From NCBI RefSeq assembly GCF_004010195.1, contig NC_057719.1:8816066-8880065 (forward strand): a DNA stretch of 64,000 nt, given 5' to 3'. The notes beneath the pieces were generated by a model that was not told the DNA's origin, did no database searches, and saw nothing but the letters and a program-made list of their open reading frames with translations. Below are positions 62,592-64,000 of this stretch, in pieces. The DNA comes from Chiloscyllium plagiosum (taxonomy: Eukaryota). A program made the translations under genes and the position numbers. How positions within the stretch are numbered: the stretch's first letter is position 1; each line of letters begins with the position of its first letter.

Positions 62592-62882
62592 GGGTGGCAC
62601 AGTGGCACGGTGGCTCAGTGGTGAGCACTGCTATCTCACAGCAGCAGGGACTCGGGTTCAATCCCATCCTCAGGCGACTGTCTGTGAAAAGTTTGCATGT
62701 TTGCCCATTGTCTTTGTGTGTTTCCAACAGGTGCTTAGGTTTCTTCCCACAATCTAAAGATGTGCAGGTTAGGTGGATTGGCCATGGGAAATGCAGGGGG
62801 TAGGGTGGGTCTGGGATGGATGCTCTTCGGAGGGCAGGGATGGGCCAAATGACCTTTGCCCACACTGTAAGGATTCTACGAT
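62592..62882 (+). mobile_element. HE1 SINE
   Basis: Head, V-domain and GGATTCTA tail. Confidence 0.85.
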
Positions 62883-63084
62883 CTTCTAACCACTTCTTGT
62901 CCCATCTACCCATCCCCTAACACCATCCTAGTAACCTTTTTGACTTGGCAATGTTGCATTGTATTTACAGGGTACCTTACCCAGCAGATCCTGATTAAAA
63001 AAAAACAACATATTTTCTGTCCGAGACTTTGCCTCTTCGTGTTTATCTTAAATCTCGTTTTTCATTTCTCATTTGGTACAACAG

Positions 63085-63164
63085 ACTGAGTCATAAGTCG
63101 CTTCCATACCTCACCCTGAAACAATTCCGTTCCCTTTCAACCTCCCCTTCTTTGATTAAGGCTG
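63085..63164 (+). other. Candidate 80-bp exon (unidentified)
   Basis: Pyrimidine tract with ACAG acceptor and CTG|GTGAGT donor; one frame reads LSHKSLPYLTLKQFRSLSTSPSLIKA. Confidence 0.25.
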
Positions 63165-63407
63165 GTGAGTCACACTGAAGTATGGTCTCGCTGCTTGTCA
63201 GCACGGCCCTGTTGCTCATTACCTCAGCTCTGACCACTGGTCACACTCAGCAGCTATAGAATTGTCTGTGGCTCTCCAGGAATCGAACATCAATCTCAAT
63301 ACAATCCTGAGAGCAAGATCGAGGAGAAAAACTACTCAGGCATAAAGATATCCAATCGTTCTTCATTCTCTTTTCTTTGATGTTAATTGTAAATATATAG
63401 AAATGCA

Positions 63408-63954
63408 AAGACATTTTTGAGATTTGTAGCTCAGATTAATGATAAGTCTATAAGTTAGCTCGCTGAGCTGGAAGGTTTGTTTTCAGATGCTTTGTCACCA
63501 TACTAGGTAACATCATTAGTGAGAGTCTCCAGTGAAGCTCTGGTAGTATGTCCTGCCTCTCTATTTGTAGATCTTGGTTTCTTAAGGTGGGTCATTTCCT
63601 ATTCTTCTTTTCAACGGAAAGTAAATAGGATCTAAATCGATGTGTTTATTGATGAGTTCTGGTTAGAACACCATGCCTTGAAGAATTCTCGATTTTGTCT
63701 TCCTTTTATCTGTTCTGGATGTGTGTGTTGTCCCAGTCAATAAACATATCGACTTACCCATCTACTTTCCCTTCAAAAACAGAACAGGAAATGACATCAC
63801 CCACCTTAAGAAAGCAAGACCTATAAATAGAGAGGTGGGACATACCACCAGCGCTTCACTGGAGACTCTCACTGATGATGTTACCTCGTCATGGTGACAA
63901 AATGTCTGAAAACAAGCCTTCCAGCACAGCGAGCTAACTTATATACATATATTG
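63408..63954. mobile_element. Fold-back PLE (family C) with GIY-YIG C-terminal remnant and hammerhead motifs
   Basis: Arms about 63450-63650 and 63737-63943 inverted; minus centre DWDNTHI...REFFKAWCSNQNS/INKHIDLDPIY; CUGAUGA-U-GUUACC..GGUGAC at 63872; 17-bp flanking repeats at 63391 and 63955. Confidence 0.85.
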
Positions 63955-64000
63955 AAATATATAAAAATACATATAGATAACTATATAGTTAAATTGGCGC

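Overview
Repeat-dense, gene-poor eukaryotic DNA, almost certainly from an elasmobranch (shark/ray), given the abundant HE1-type V-SINEs and HER1/CR1 LINE fragments. Family names were assigned from recalled consensus features; no database search was run. No host gene could be recognised, and nearly all ORFs in the track are degenerate retrotransposon pieces. The window holds fragments of CR1/HER1, a second CR1-like family, L2 and Rex1/Babar LINEs, four SINE families (HE1, SacSINE1/Deu-like and two others), solo LTRs, Tigger-like MITEs, an interstitial telomere-like array, minisatellites and AT-rich repeat-free blocks resembling conserved non-coding elements. The most notable system is a set of about 20 Penelope-like (PLE) derived insertions carrying minimal hammerhead-ribozyme motifs (CUGANGA-stem II-GAAA-short palindrome) from three, possibly four, families. 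Many are 100-550 bp elements, mostly fold-back (palindromic) and centred on the ribozyme, and eleven are flanked by 11-17 bp direct repeats.
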